From Verrucomicrobiales bacterium (GTDB lineage: Bacteria; Verrucomicrobiota; Verrucomicrobiia; Verrucomicrobiales; V1-33): a stretch of DNA of 64,000 nucleotides. The translations under genes were made by a program, and so were the position numbers. Positions 18,658 to 28,490 of this stretch are shown here, one piece after another. The stretch spans positions 1 through 64,000 of the forward strand of contig JANOAV010000134.1 of NCBI GenBank assembly GCA_031411295.1, written 5' to 3'. Position 1 is the first letter of the stretch; each line of letters opens with the position of its first letter. A model generated the notes under the pieces. The model searched no databases. It had not been told where the DNA came from and saw nothing but the letters and a program-made list of their open reading frames with translations.

Positions 18658-21039
18658 ATGCTCGTCTCTTTAAACTGGCTTTCCCAGCACCTCGATCTCA
18701 CTGGCCGTTCCCCGCAGGAACTGGCTGATATGTTGACCTTTGCCGGGATCGAGGTCGAGCACATGGAAACCAAGGGGGTGCAGAGCGATAAGATCGTGGT
18801 GGCGCAGGTGATTTCCTTCGAGAAGCACCCGAAGGCCGACCGCTTGCGCCTCTGCCAAGTCAACGATGGCACGGGGACTCCGCGTCAGATCGTGTGCGGG
18901 GCCAGCAATTTCCAGCCGGGCGATAAAGTCCCGCTGGCCTTGCCCGGAGCTGTGATGCCAGGGAATTTCGTGATTAAAGAGAGCGAACTCCGGGGCTCGC
19001 TGAGCCAGGGCATGATGTGCAGCGGTAAGGAACTGGGGATCGGTCAGGATCATGAGGGACTGATGATTATGGATTCCGCGGCCACGATTGGAACGCCCTT
19101 GCAGCAACTCTTCGAATCCGACACCGTTTTTGAATTGGAGATTACGCCAAATCGTCCCGATTGCTTGAGCCATCTGGGCGTAGCGCGGGAGTTGGCGGCA
19201 CTGGCCAAGGTCCCGTTAAAAGACGCGGAGGTCGTGGCGAGTGCCAACACCCAGCCCGCGTTCCCTCAGGAAATTGTGTTGGCTGCGGCGGACCGCTGTC
19301 CGTTTTACACCGTTCGTAAGATTGAGGGCGTGAAGGTGGCCCCCAGCCCGGAGTGGCTGCAGAAGCGCCTCCTCAGCATCGGCCTGCGTCCGATTAATAA
19401 CGTGGTGGATATCACTAACTTCGTGTTGATGGAGTCGGGCCAACCGCTCCATGCCTTCGATGCCAGCAAAGTCCATGGCCCGCTGACCGTGCGCTTAGCC
19501 CAGGCAGACGAGAAATTCTCCGCGCTGAATGGATCGGAATACGTCCTAACAGCCGAGGATCTCGTCATTGCCGATGGCCAGGATCCGCTGGCGCTCGCTG
19601 GCATCATGGGGGGCGCGGCTAGTGGCGTGACCGATACCACGACGAGCATTTTGCTGGAAAGCGCCTATTTCACACCCAGCCCGATTCGGAAATCAGCCCG
19701 CTCCACGGGGTTGAGTTCGGATTCCAGCTATCGTTTCGAGCGCGGCACGGATCCTCATGGCGTGCTGGTGGCCAGTGACCTAGCCACTAAGTTGATTCTC
19801 GAAATCTGTGGCGGCAAAGCAGCGGATGTCGTGCTGACCGCAGGTTACGCACCGCAGCTCACCGGTGAGGTGACGCTGGATTTACCGCGTGCCTATTCAT
19901 TACTAGGAGTGCATTTGCCGGCTGACGAGATCGCAAGTCTCTTGGGTCGCTTGGGCTTGAAAAAGTGCGGCACCTCGGCCAACACGTTCACTATTCCCAG
20001 CTATCGCGCAGACTTGCAGCGCAGTGTGGATTTGGTGGAGGAAATTGCGCGCGTCCACGGAATCCAGAACCTCACAGGCACGCGGAGCGCTTGGTTTGCC
20101 GATGAATCGGCGGCTGATTTGGCTTATGATTTCCTTCATGCCAAGAAGACCATCCTGGTGGGCAGCGGCTTCTATGAGAGCCAAACCATCAAACTCATTG
20201 CTCAATCGCAACTGGCCGCTGGACTCGGCACCAATCCCGGTCCTAACGAGCCCGTGCCCCTGAAGAATCCGCTCAGTGATGACCACACCCACCTGCGGCA
20301 CAGCCTGATTCCCGGGCTGCTGGCGACGGCAGCGAACAACCTGCGGCAGGGAGCCGCCAGTCTGCGGTTCTTCGAGTCCGGCACCGTCTTCAGTAAGGGG
20401 AAACGCCCTGAACCAGATGAAAAGGTAAATCTTGCTCTGCTGATGAGCGGGCCGGTATTGGATTCCACGTGGGCTGATTCCAGCCCGAGGAGTGCGGACC
20501 TCTACGACCTTCGGGGCGTGATCGAGAAGCTGGCTCCCGGTGCCACCGTTAAAATTAAGCCGATCAAGACGACCGCATTTCTGCTCGCTGGGCAGATCCT
20601 GCTCAACACGAAGCCCGTGGGCATCATCGCCCAATTGCGTCCCGCGCAAGTGAGCGCCATGAACGGTCGGCATGCCATCTACTTGGCGGAAATCAACGTG
20701 GACCAGTTGTCGAAGGCGACAGCGCGCGAAGTGAAATTTGCTGGGTTGCCGAAGTTCCCGGGCACCACACGCGACGTAGCGCTGGGCGTAGGTAATGAAA
20801 TTTCCCATCAACAGTTCGATGATTTCTTCAGCGGCCAAAAAGCCAAGGAACCACTACTGGAAGCGGTGCAACTCTTCGATCTCTACACCGGGGACAAAGT
20901 GGCTGCGGGCACCAAATCTGTAGCCTATCGCCTGAGTTATCGGGATCCGCAGAAGACCATGGAAGGCCCCATCGTGGATGCCGCCCATCAACGCATTCTC
21001 GACGCGTTGGCCAAGGCCCTGCCGGTTACCGTTCGTTAG
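18658..21039 (+). CDS. pheT: Phenylalanine--tRNA ligase beta subunit
   Basis: HPKADRL, QIVCGASN, SQGMMCS, ITPNRPDCLS, RPINNVVDITN, RFERG, C-terminal FDX-ACB domain. Confidence 0.98.
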   Translation: MLVSLNWLSQHLDLTGRSPQELADMLTFAGIEVEHMETKGVQSDKIVVAQVISFEKHPKADRLRLCQVNDGTGTPRQIVCGASNFQPGDKVPLALPGAVMPGNFVIKESELRGSLSQGMMCSGKELGIGQDHEGLMIMDSAATIGTPLQQLFESDTVFELEITPNRPDCLSHLGVARELAALAKVPLKDAEVVASANTQPAFPQEIVLAAADRCPFYTVRKIEGVKVAPSPEWLQKRLLSIGLRPINNVVDITNFVLMESGQPLHAFDASKVHGPLTVRLAQADEKFSALNGSEYVLTAEDLVIADGQDPLALAGIMGGAASGVTDTTTSILLESAYFTPSPIRKSARSTGLSSDSSYRFERGTDPHGVLVASDLATKLILEICGGKAADVVLTAGYAPQLTGEVTLDLPRAYSLLGVHLPADEIASLLGRLGLKKCGTSANTFTIPSYRADLQRSVDLVEEIARVHGIQNLTGTRSAWFADESAADLAYDFLHAKKTILVGSGFYESQTIKLIAQSQLAAGLGTNPGPNEPVPLKNPLSDDHTHLRHSLIPGLLATAANNLRQGAASLRFFESGTVFSKGKRPEPDEKVNLALLMSGPVLDSTWADSSPRSADLYDLRGVIEKLAPGATVKIKPIKTTAFLLAGQILLNTKPVGIIAQLRPAQVSAMNGRHAIYLAEINVDQLSKATAREVKFAGLPKFPGTTRDVALGVGNEISHQQFDDFFSGQKAKEPLLEAVQLFDLYTGDKVAAGTKSVAYRLSYRDPQKTMEGPIVDAAHQRILDALAKALPVTVR

Positions 21040-21195
21040 GGAACCGGCTGACACGTCGTCTGGGATTTCCGCCCGTTAACGTAAATTGGCCGCTCCGGGC
21101 TTAACCTCAGACATCCTGATCTGCGGGGAAACTAGGTGGCATCAGAGGGAAATAACGGAAAAACGAGTTGGAGTCCCGCGCTTCGTCGCGATGGG

Positions 21196-21834
21196 CTATC
21201 TCTTTTTGCGGGAGCGTCTGACGGAATCCCCTTTTAATTTTGGGGGTGGGGAGGTGAGGGTTAGGGTTTCCGGTTCCGGTGGGACGACTGGTAATTCGAC
21301 CGCGACGGCGGGCTCCGGTGCCGGAACGATTTCTGGAGCAGGAGCGATCTCTGGAACCGGAGCGATCTCTGGAACAGGTGCGATCTCTGGCGCAGGTGCG
21401 ATCTCTGGCGCAGGTGCTGGCGCATGCTCTGGAGCAGGTGCTGGTTTTGCGACAATGACCGGAGCCAAGGCGACGGCAGGGACCGGAGCCGGAACTGCTT
21501 TCGCGATGCTGGCGGGGAGACCAGCCTGGAGGCGGGCGATTTCTTTCTCCAGGACGTTGTTTCTCGCCTCGGCCTCGTTGAGTTTTCGGCGGGGCACAGC
21601 GGAGCGCTCGAGGTGCTCATACTGCGTAGTTAGGGCCGCAAGTTGGTCTTCAACCTCCTGCAACTTCTGCACCGTGGCGTCGGTGCGCGCCTGTTCGCGT
21701 TCGATACTGTGTTGCTTGTCCTGCTGCACCTTGGCCACTTCTCCACGCACGGATTTGACCCCCAGTCGATAGAAGATGGCGGCAACGATGAGCAGCAGCA
21801 GGAGGATTTTGAGAATGAGCCAGAGCAGGGACAT
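21196..21834 (-). CDS. Membrane-anchored coiled-coil protein with a PEIAP(A/V) repeat tail
   Basis: N-terminal TM, coiled coil, Pro/Ala-rich repeats; starts just after the upstream gene stop. Confidence 0.8.
   Translation of the reverse strand: MSLLWLILKILLLLLIVAAIFYRLGVKSVRGEVAKVQQDKQHSIEREQARTDATVQKLQEVEDQLAALTTQYEHLERSAVPRRKLNEAEARNNVLEKEIARLQAGLPASIAKAVPAPVPAVALAPVIVAKPAPAPEHAPAPAPEIAPAPEIAPVPEIAPVPEIAPAPEIVPAPEPAVAVELPVVPPEPETLTLTSPPPKLKGDSVRRSRKKR
21317..21440. repeat. 18-bp coding tandem repeat (PEIAPA/PEIAPV)
   Basis: Units such as GGAGCGATCTCTGGAACC / GGTGCGATCTCTGGCGCA repeated in phase. Confidence 0.85.
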
Positions 21835-21839
21835 GGATA

Positions 21840-23900
21840 TTATTTAGGAGCAGGTGGTGGGGAGGATTTTGGTTCCAGCTTGGGCAACCAGACCGCATAG
21901 TCCGGCCAGGCTTGTTGGGGATCGAAATCTTTGGAGAACAATCCCTGAGCTTCCAGCCATTCGAGAGTGATTTTTGGGTGATCGACCGTCAGGGGCACCT
22001 GTAACCAGGGCTGGCCGGGGCGCACGAAACCCAGCACGCCGGGGCCATCGAAGGTGGGACGAGGAGGGAATGACTTTACCGTCAGGGTCGAAGGCAACGG
22101 AATCGGCGGCTTACTGTCGACACGCATTTCGTCAATCACTTCACGATCGAAGTAGGTCTTGCGGGCCGCAGCCAAGACCTCCTGTTGCATTTTCTCCGAA
22201 CCAGCATTCCCGCGGAGGAACACCTGCTTCCCCTGGGCGAGGAGGGTCAGGTAGGGCTCAGGCGGAATTTCACTCAGGACCATACTGGGAATCTTCTTGA
22301 AATGGTCGAGCACCAAGCTTCGAAACGTTGTGAAGTCCGGCCTGGCATCATCGAGCGGGAAGGAAGAGTGAATGATGTGGCGGACGAATTCATCGAACTC
22401 CTCCGCCCTCAGTTCAACTGGTGGAATGTCTGCCGCCTTCCATTCCTCCCCCGGCACAATGAAGCCAACAACACCGGGCGAGGTGGCGCGGGGTGGTGGC
22501 GGAAAGCCTGCGGCAAAGCGCTTGAGTTGCTCGGGGGTGAGCGGGCGACGCAGGTCGTTGACTCGCAAATGATCTTCTACGGTATGCTCGGGATAGGCTT
22601 TGCGCACGGCGGCCAGGATGGTTTCCTGAGCTGCCGCGGTGGCGATATCTCCATGGAGGTAAGCTTGCTTTCCCAGCAAGAGTAGGGCCGCAAAAGAAAC
22701 CGGATAGGTTTCCTTCAAAGCCATTTCTGCCAGCGCGGCACGATGGCGCTGATGCTGGGCCATGAGGGGACCGAAGTCCGCGAATGCCAGGGCCCCGTCA
22801 AAATCGGACGGCAGCAGTTCCAAGGCGGGAAGCGCCTCCAGCGTGAAGTCTCGGTCTGGCAGTTCCACCGTGCGCCAACTGGAACCGGGAATGGCAAAAC
22901 CCAACACTCCAGAGCCCTTTGGATCAGGCAGGGCAGGAAAGGAAGTCAGCGTGGTCCCTGCCTGCGGCACGGGTCGGCGGCTCTCAGTTAGGAAAATTTC
23001 GACCTGGAGCCGATCCGGGCCATAGAAGAGCCGGGCGGCTTCAGTGACCGCGTCCCGCAACGGAGCCGTGGCGACCTGGCCGCGGAGGAAGACAGCATTG
23101 CCTGCGGCCAGTAACGTCAAATGCGGTAGCGGCAGCGCCATGCGGCGGTCATTTTCCTTGGCTGCTTCGACCCACTGGCGCAATTGCTGCACCAGGGCCT
23201 GGCTGTGAGCCCAGTCCCATCCTTCGGTGTGAAATTTCGCTTCGAGCGTGGTGGGATCGGCGGTGAGATCCAGCAACTGGGCGGCAGAGCCTAACGTAGC
23301 AGCAATCAGGAGTGGCTCGCGGGGCTGACTGCTGGTGATCAAGGTTTTGAGTGAGTCCAGCGTGACATCCATTTTGCCGGAGGGGCCGCGTTCCGTGGCC
23401 ACGTGCAGCAGAAGCGTATCCGGGCGCGGAGGGAGCATCGGCTGTAATGCAGAGAGGAGTTGTTCGAGTTCCTCCGCAGTCCACGTCTCCCCTGCCAGCA
23501 TGGACTGCTCACGTTCCCGAATCAAGACGAGAAACCCTGGTGGGTTGGGGCGCACGACGATTTCGTTCCGGACACTGGAAATGGGATTCACTGCGCCCGT
23601 CCACCAACGCGGCCCAACGCGGAAGGATTCGGCGGCATACTTCGTGGCTGCGGCCAAGGCCGCCTGATCCAGCACCCGTCCCGTGAGCACGGCTTCCTGA
23701 CCACTGAAGTGCACCTGCACTTCCTTAAATTCATCACCCGGCAGCAGGGTGCCCAGACTGTTCATCGAGTGCTGAACCCAAAAGGCAATCAAGGGGAGCA
23801 GGACGCAGGCCAGCTTGGCGAAGGCGCGCCAAAACACCGGAGGCAGGAGCCACCATGGAGGCGAGATTTCGCCAATATCACTGGGCGTGGATTCCGCCAT
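21840..23900 (-). CDS. Membrane-anchored protein with tandem BON-like repeats, no OmpA domain
   Basis: Repeats of LTLLAxGxxVFLRG...AAR..Y...FP..P...GVLGF..PG..W; first module VQVHFSGQEAVLTGRV. Confidence 0.7.
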   Translation of the reverse strand: MAESTPSDIGEISPPWWLLPPVFWRAFAKLACVLLPLIAFWVQHSMNSLGTLLPGDEFKEVQVHFSGQEAVLTGRVLDQAALAAATKYAAESFRVGPRWWTGAVNPISSVRNEIVVRPNPPGFLVLIREREQSMLAGETWTAEELEQLLSALQPMLPPRPDTLLLHVATERGPSGKMDVTLDSLKTLITSSQPREPLLIAATLGSAAQLLDLTADPTTLEAKFHTEGWDWAHSQALVQQLRQWVEAAKENDRRMALPLPHLTLLAAGNAVFLRGQVATAPLRDAVTEAARLFYGPDRLQVEIFLTESRRPVPQAGTTLTSFPALPDPKGSGVLGFAIPGSSWRTVELPDRDFTLEALPALELLPSDFDGALAFADFGPLMAQHQRHRAALAEMALKETYPVSFAALLLLGKQAYLHGDIATAAAQETILAAVRKAYPEHTVEDHLRVNDLRRPLTPEQLKRFAAGFPPPPRATSPGVVGFIVPGEEWKAADIPPVELRAEEFDEFVRHIIHSSFPLDDARPDFTTFRSLVLDHFKKIPSMVLSEIPPEPYLTLLAQGKQVFLRGNAGSEKMQQEVLAAARKTYFDREVIDEMRVDSKPPIPLPSTLTVKSFPPRPTFDGPGVLGFVRPGQPWLQVPLTVDHPKITLEWLEAQGLFSKDFDPQQAWPDYAVWLPKLEPKSSPPPAPK

Positions 23901-23906
23901 GAATTT

Positions 23907-24932
23907 TTATTTCCCCAACAGTTCAACCGTCGTCGCCCAATCGATACATTTATCGGTGATCGACTGGCCATAGGTGAGATCTTCCTTGGGCTGTGGGAAC
24001 GCCTGATTTCCTGCCACCAGATTACTTTCCAACATAGTGCCGATGATGGATTTCGTGCCCCCGGCGCGTTGCCGCTCGATTTCGCGGAAGACATTCGGCA
24101 TGAGTTTGTGATCCTTTTTACAGTTCGCGTGGCTGGCATCAATCATGATGGCCGGCTCCAGGCCGTGGCGCTGCAGGGCCGCTTCTGTCCGGGCGACGTG
24201 CTCTGCGGAAAAATTAGGACCATCCTCCCCGCCCCGGAGAATGACGTGGCAGTCAGGGTTGCCCCGGGTGGTGACCGCGGAGGCGACGCCTTCGTCACTG
24301 ATACCAAGGAACGTCTGCGGCTGCATGGCGGCCTTGATGGCGTTGAGGGCGGCGGTGACATCGCCCGAAGTAGTGTTCTTAAATCCTAACGGCATGGAAA
24401 GTCCACTGGCCATTTGGCGATGCGTCTGGCTCTCGGTGGTGCGGGCACCGATTGCCACCCAGCTCAGCAAGTCGGCAATGTATTGCGGCGTGATCGGATC
24501 CAGCAATTCCGTGGCGGTGGGCAGGCCCAGATCCAAGACTTCCCGCAGGAAGGCCCGGCCCATTTGCAAGCCGGTAGGGATGTCGTTGGTGCCATCAAGG
24601 TGCGGGTCCATGATCAGACCTTTCCAGCCCACCGTGGTGCGTGGTTTCTCGAAATAGACTCGCATCACCAACAGCATCCGATCGGAAACTTTTTGGGCCA
24701 ATTCCGCCAAACGCTCCGCATACTCGCGACCCGCCTTAACGTCATGAATGGAACATGGACCGACGACCACGAGGAAGCGTGGGTCATCTCCGGTGAGAAT
24801 ATTTTGAATGGCGGAGCGGGAGGAACTGATGACCTCGCTCTGGGCGGTGGTCAACGGCAAGTCGGCCCGCAGCTTACCGGGAGAGGGCAAGGGGGTATTG
24901 GAAACGATGTGCAAATCGGTGGTGCGTTGCAT
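23907..24932 (-). CDS. 3-deoxy-7-phosphoheptulonate (DAHP) synthase, class I-alpha (AroF/G/H type)
   Basis: GPCSIHD, RVYFEKPRTTVGWKG, IGARTTESQTHR, DASHAN, YGQSITDKC. Confidence 0.97.
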   Translation of the reverse strand: MQRTTDLHIVSNTPLPSPGKLRADLPLTTAQSEVISSSRSAIQNILTGDDPRFLVVVGPCSIHDVKAGREYAERLAELAQKVSDRMLLVMRVYFEKPRTTVGWKGLIMDPHLDGTNDIPTGLQMGRAFLREVLDLGLPTATELLDPITPQYIADLLSWVAIGARTTESQTHRQMASGLSMPLGFKNTTSGDVTAALNAIKAAMQPQTFLGISDEGVASAVTTRGNPDCHVILRGGEDGPNFSAEHVARTEAALQRHGLEPAIMIDASHANCKKDHKLMPNVFREIERQRAGGTKSIIGTMLESNLVAGNQAFPQPKEDLTYGQSITDKCIDWATTVELLGK

Positions 24933-25161
24933 GATGGAAATTCTAAGAGTGTTCGAGGTGGGACCGACACTTTATGCGGGTAGGGAAATCTGGCAAGACA
25001 GGGTTCACGGTTTTCCACTCCGCTGATTTTTGGGGAATTCTCCGCTTATTCACATCCCTACATAAGTAACGGTGAGTGGTTGGCAAGCCGCTTAGTCCGC
25101 CTAGTCTGAAGCGCGTTCCGCTTAAGTTTCATCCACTCCTAATCCAGAAATTCTCTTACCC

Positions 25162-26502
25162 ATGCCCTCACTCTCTCGTCGTCAATTCGGTAGGTTGTTC
25201 GCTGCTGGCAGCGCGTCCACCCTCATTTCCAGTCGTGCTTATGCCGCCAATGAAAAGGTCAACATTGCGTTCATCGGATGCGGTGCGCAGGGGGAGAACG
25301 ATGCCATGAGCATCTTAAAGAACAAGGATCTGGTCAACGTCGTGGCGCTGTGCGATGTCCATTTCGGCACCAAACATACCGCCAAGCTCGAGGGCATGTT
25401 CCCCGACGTGCCCCGCTTCACGGATTTTCGGAAAATGTTCGACAAGATGGCCAAGGACATCGACGCCTGCACGGTGGCGGTGCCGGATCATTCGCACTTC
25501 CCCATCGCCATGCTGGCGATGTCTCTCGGCAAGGCCGTCTATGTCGAGAAGCCGCTGGCCCACACCTACAACGAGTGCAAGCTCCTGATGGAAGCCGCCA
25601 AGCGCCATAAGGTGGTGACGCAGATGGGAAATCAAGGTCACTCTGGTGGCAATTACTTCCAGTTTAAAGCTTGGAAAGAAGCGGGTATCATCAAGGACGT
25701 CACCCGCGTGGACGCTTATATGAACAGCCCCCGGCGGTGGCATGGCTGGAAAGTGGACGGTTACCCCAGCGGGGCCGCCCTGCCTCCAGGCTTGGATTGG
25801 GACACTTGGTTAGGCACCGCACCGGAGCATCCGTATGATCCCAAGCTGCATCCTGGCGACTGGCGCAGTTGGTTCGACTATGGTGATGGCGCTTTTGGGG
25901 ACTGGGGTCCACACATTTTGGATACCATCCATCGTTTCCTGGAATTAGGGATGCCGGAAAAAATTACCGCCGTGAAACGTGAAGGGGCGAGCGATTTTAT
26001 CTTCCCGCAAGCGTCCACGATCCGCTTCGATTTCCCCAAGCGTGGGGAGATGCCGCCGGTCGCCATTTCCTGGTATGATGGAGTGGATAATCTGCCACCC
26101 CGCCCACCGGAACTCGGAGACAAGAAGATCGAAAAGAATGGGAAAATGATCTACAGCAAGGATCTGGTCTTCAAAGGCGGCACCCACAGCGACACTCTCC
26201 GCATCATCCCTGATGAAAAAATGAAGGACCTCGGTGACAAGCTGCCAAAGGTCACGGGCAAGAATTCCGACCACTACGCGAACTTCATTCTCGGAGTTCA
26301 AGGCAAGGAAGAGACGCGCTCACCCTTCGCCATCAGTGCCCCGTTGACTCAGGTCTTCTGTCTCGGCGTGCTCGCCCAACGACTGGGTGGTGAACTGGTG
26401 TTTGATCGGGAGAAACAACAGATCACCAACAACGACCTCGCCAACAAACTGCTGGTCGGCCCGCCGCCACGCAAGGGCTGGGAGCAGTTTTATAAACTGT
26501 AG
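25162..26502 (+). CDS. Tat-exported Gfo/Idh/MocA oxidoreductase
   Basis: SRRQF Tat motif, IGCGAQG, VPDHSH, YVEKPL, QMGNQG, GDWGPHILD. Confidence 0.93.
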   Translation: MPSLSRRQFGRLFAAGSASTLISSRAYAANEKVNIAFIGCGAQGENDAMSILKNKDLVNVVALCDVHFGTKHTAKLEGMFPDVPRFTDFRKMFDKMAKDIDACTVAVPDHSHFPIAMLAMSLGKAVYVEKPLAHTYNECKLLMEAAKRHKVVTQMGNQGHSGGNYFQFKAWKEAGIIKDVTRVDAYMNSPRRWHGWKVDGYPSGAALPPGLDWDTWLGTAPEHPYDPKLHPGDWRSWFDYGDGAFGDWGPHILDTIHRFLELGMPEKITAVKREGASDFIFPQASTIRFDFPKRGEMPPVAISWYDGVDNLPPRPPELGDKKIEKNGKMIYSKDLVFKGGTHSDTLRIIPDEKMKDLGDKLPKVTGKNSDHYANFILGVQGKEETRSPFAISAPLTQVFCLGVLAQRLGGELVFDREKQQITNNDLANKLLVGPPPRKGWEQFYKL

Positions 26503-26504
26503 GC

Positions 26505-28391
26505 CTACTCAACTTCCTCACCCGGCCATGGGCGTGCAAAGGTCTCCGATTTATGGTAGTAGCCGCTTAGCCCAGTGGTGATCTCTCCTTCGTGCTGCAC
26601 CAGATCCCGGTAGCAACGGTAGTGACCGCCTTCCATGCCGAATTGTCGCCACAGGCTGTGGCCGAAGCGGCCTACGAGGGCGTCATTAGCATTTTCGGCG
26701 TAGGGGATGTCCCGCCAGCCGCGCTTGGCCCAGAATTCGATGGCGTGTTTGATGGCATCGCGTGAGAAGAAGACCGCTTGGCCGCCCCAGAAGAGCCATT
26801 CGGGGTAAATGCCGTATAAATCACCCATGTCCAGTTCAGCCTTGGCATCTAAATCACCTACCGTGTAGAGCGAAAGCGTGAACCACCGTTTTCCGTCTTT
26901 GGCGATTTCATCCAGCACGGCTTGCAATTTATCCAACCAGCCGTCCCTGAAATCGATATCATCCTCACAAATCAGCACTCCGCAGGCGTTTTCCTCCAGT
27001 GCTTTGGTGAAGCATCGGTGGTAGCTGTAGGCAATCCGTTGATGCACATCCCAGTTTTTCATGGCTTCAGATGTCCGGCCCGTTTGCGGCACAAAACAGG
27101 AGACACCACCTTGGACGTCATCTTCATCTCCCCAGGCGGCGGCGGGGATGGGATGCGTCTCGCATGTCACTGGTGTTAGACCAATGAACTCCGCCTTCGG
27201 TCCATCAATCATCAAATGCACCGTCCGCAGCCGTGGATCAATCGTGGCGGGGGCATTCTGCCCCCTAGCCAATGTGTGCTCATACTCACCAAAGCTTGTG
27301 ACCACAGCAACCCCTTCCCTTGTTACTTCCAATTTATTGGGCTGCTCGCTTTGGGGTATGTTGAGGTTAGCTCCTAAATCCGATGCCAAGGCGAGCGGCT
27401 GCGGCTTGGGGGCAGAATGCCCCCGCCACGTTGCTCTGGCCAGATTTTCCAGCGATTGCCCAATATAATTCAACTTCCCGCGCGTGGACCGATCACAGGT
27501 AAAGAAACACACACTCATTTCCTCCACCGGGTAGCTCTGCCGTTCTGCAATTGCTAGCGGCAGGGATTTCCCTTGTGCTAGATTTTCATAGTGCTGCCAA
27601 AGTTCCGTCCGCAGCATGTATTCCCGTTGATGGGGAAATGCAAAGTTCACCATCAGCGATCCACCACAGATAGCATTGGGTCGGCCTAGCTTCTTCGGGG
27701 CTTCCTTGGTAAGATACTTCTCCACCTCCACGCCTTCTGGCAGCGGCAGCAACTGCGCCATGTCCTCTCCGAACCACGCCATGCAATCCAGGGTAATGTG
27801 TTCATGGTAAACACAGATCCACCGATGGAACATCGCCCTGTGTTCCTCTAACCGACCATCCCGTTCATGCCGGAGAAACGTCCAATGCACCGCTTCTGCA
27901 AAACGCGAATGTTTCCAAGCCGTCCCATGCGCCGTGGGAGTAGTTAGAAATGGCGCGAACTCCACCAACCCCATGCGTTGCCGCAGGTGGTCGATGTAGC
28001 CGTTATTTACCATGTTGGGTAGAACGAACAGATGTTCACGGAATGCCAACCGGAATGCCAAGAGTCGTTCCAGTGCGTCCGGTGCCAGGTAGCAGATGGA
28101 ATCACTGAGGTAGATATAAATGGTATTCTCCTCGACGCATTGCGCCAACGCACCTGCTGGCAATCCCCCTGCTGACATGTCCCCAACATTGCAATGCTTG
28201 ATCTCAATGAACCCCGGAACCTGCTCCTGGAGCGTCCGCAGCTCCGCCGCAGGGTCCTCCGATGGCTCCGACACCAAGCATAAATGACGGTCGATCACCG
28301 CCCGGTGCCGCAGCAGGTAAGACATCAGGAGACTTAAGCTAGCCGCATTGCTAACAGGGCTAAGGGTGACGATTTTGTGTTGGTGATACAT
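26505..28391 (-). CDS. Two-domain glycosyltransferase-like protein (degenerate N-terminal GT-A-like domain plus EDD-motif GT-A domain)
   Basis: N-domain IYIYLSDSICY..PNMVNN..GRPNAICG..VNFAF..QR; C-domain LICEDDIDF..GGQAVFF..LVQHEG. Confidence 0.7.
   Translation of the reverse strand: MYHQHKIVTLSPVSNAASLSLLMSYLLRHRAVIDRHLCLVSEPSEDPAAELRTLQEQVPGFIEIKHCNVGDMSAGGLPAGALAQCVEENTIYIYLSDSICYLAPDALERLLAFRLAFREHLFVLPNMVNNGYIDHLRQRMGLVEFAPFLTTPTAHGTAWKHSRFAEAVHWTFLRHERDGRLEEHRAMFHRWICVYHEHITLDCMAWFGEDMAQLLPLPEGVEVEKYLTKEAPKKLGRPNAICGGSLMVNFAFPHQREYMLRTELWQHYENLAQGKSLPLAIAERQSYPVEEMSVCFFTCDRSTRGKLNYIGQSLENLARATWRGHSAPKPQPLALASDLGANLNIPQSEQPNKLEVTREGVAVVTSFGEYEHTLARGQNAPATIDPRLRTVHLMIDGPKAEFIGLTPVTCETHPIPAAAWGDEDDVQGGVSCFVPQTGRTSEAMKNWDVHQRIAYSYHRCFTKALEENACGVLICEDDIDFRDGWLDKLQAVLDEIAKDGKRWFTLSLYTVGDLDAKAELDMGDLYGIYPEWLFWGGQAVFFSRDAIKHAIEFWAKRGWRDIPYAENANDALVGRFGHSLWRQFGMEGGHYRCYRDLVQHEGEITTGLSGYYHKSETFARPWPGEEVE
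27243..27430. repeat. REP-like inverted pair inside the glycosyltransferase coding sequence
   Basis: CGTGGCGGGGGCATTCTGCCCCCTAGCC (27243-27270) matches the reverse complement of 27403-27430 at 27/28. Confidence 0.9.
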
Positions 28392-28490
28392 TTGGGATGG
28401 GTGGGAAAAACGGGTTGGTTGAAAAATAAATAACATGCTTCGATAAAAAAGCTCGACAATTTCTGCCTTAAGCGTAGATTCGCGCTCACT

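Noticed and set aside
21086..21772. 228-aa + strand ORF with GAGAIS repeats
   Set aside because: Antisense reading of the PEIAP repeat gene.
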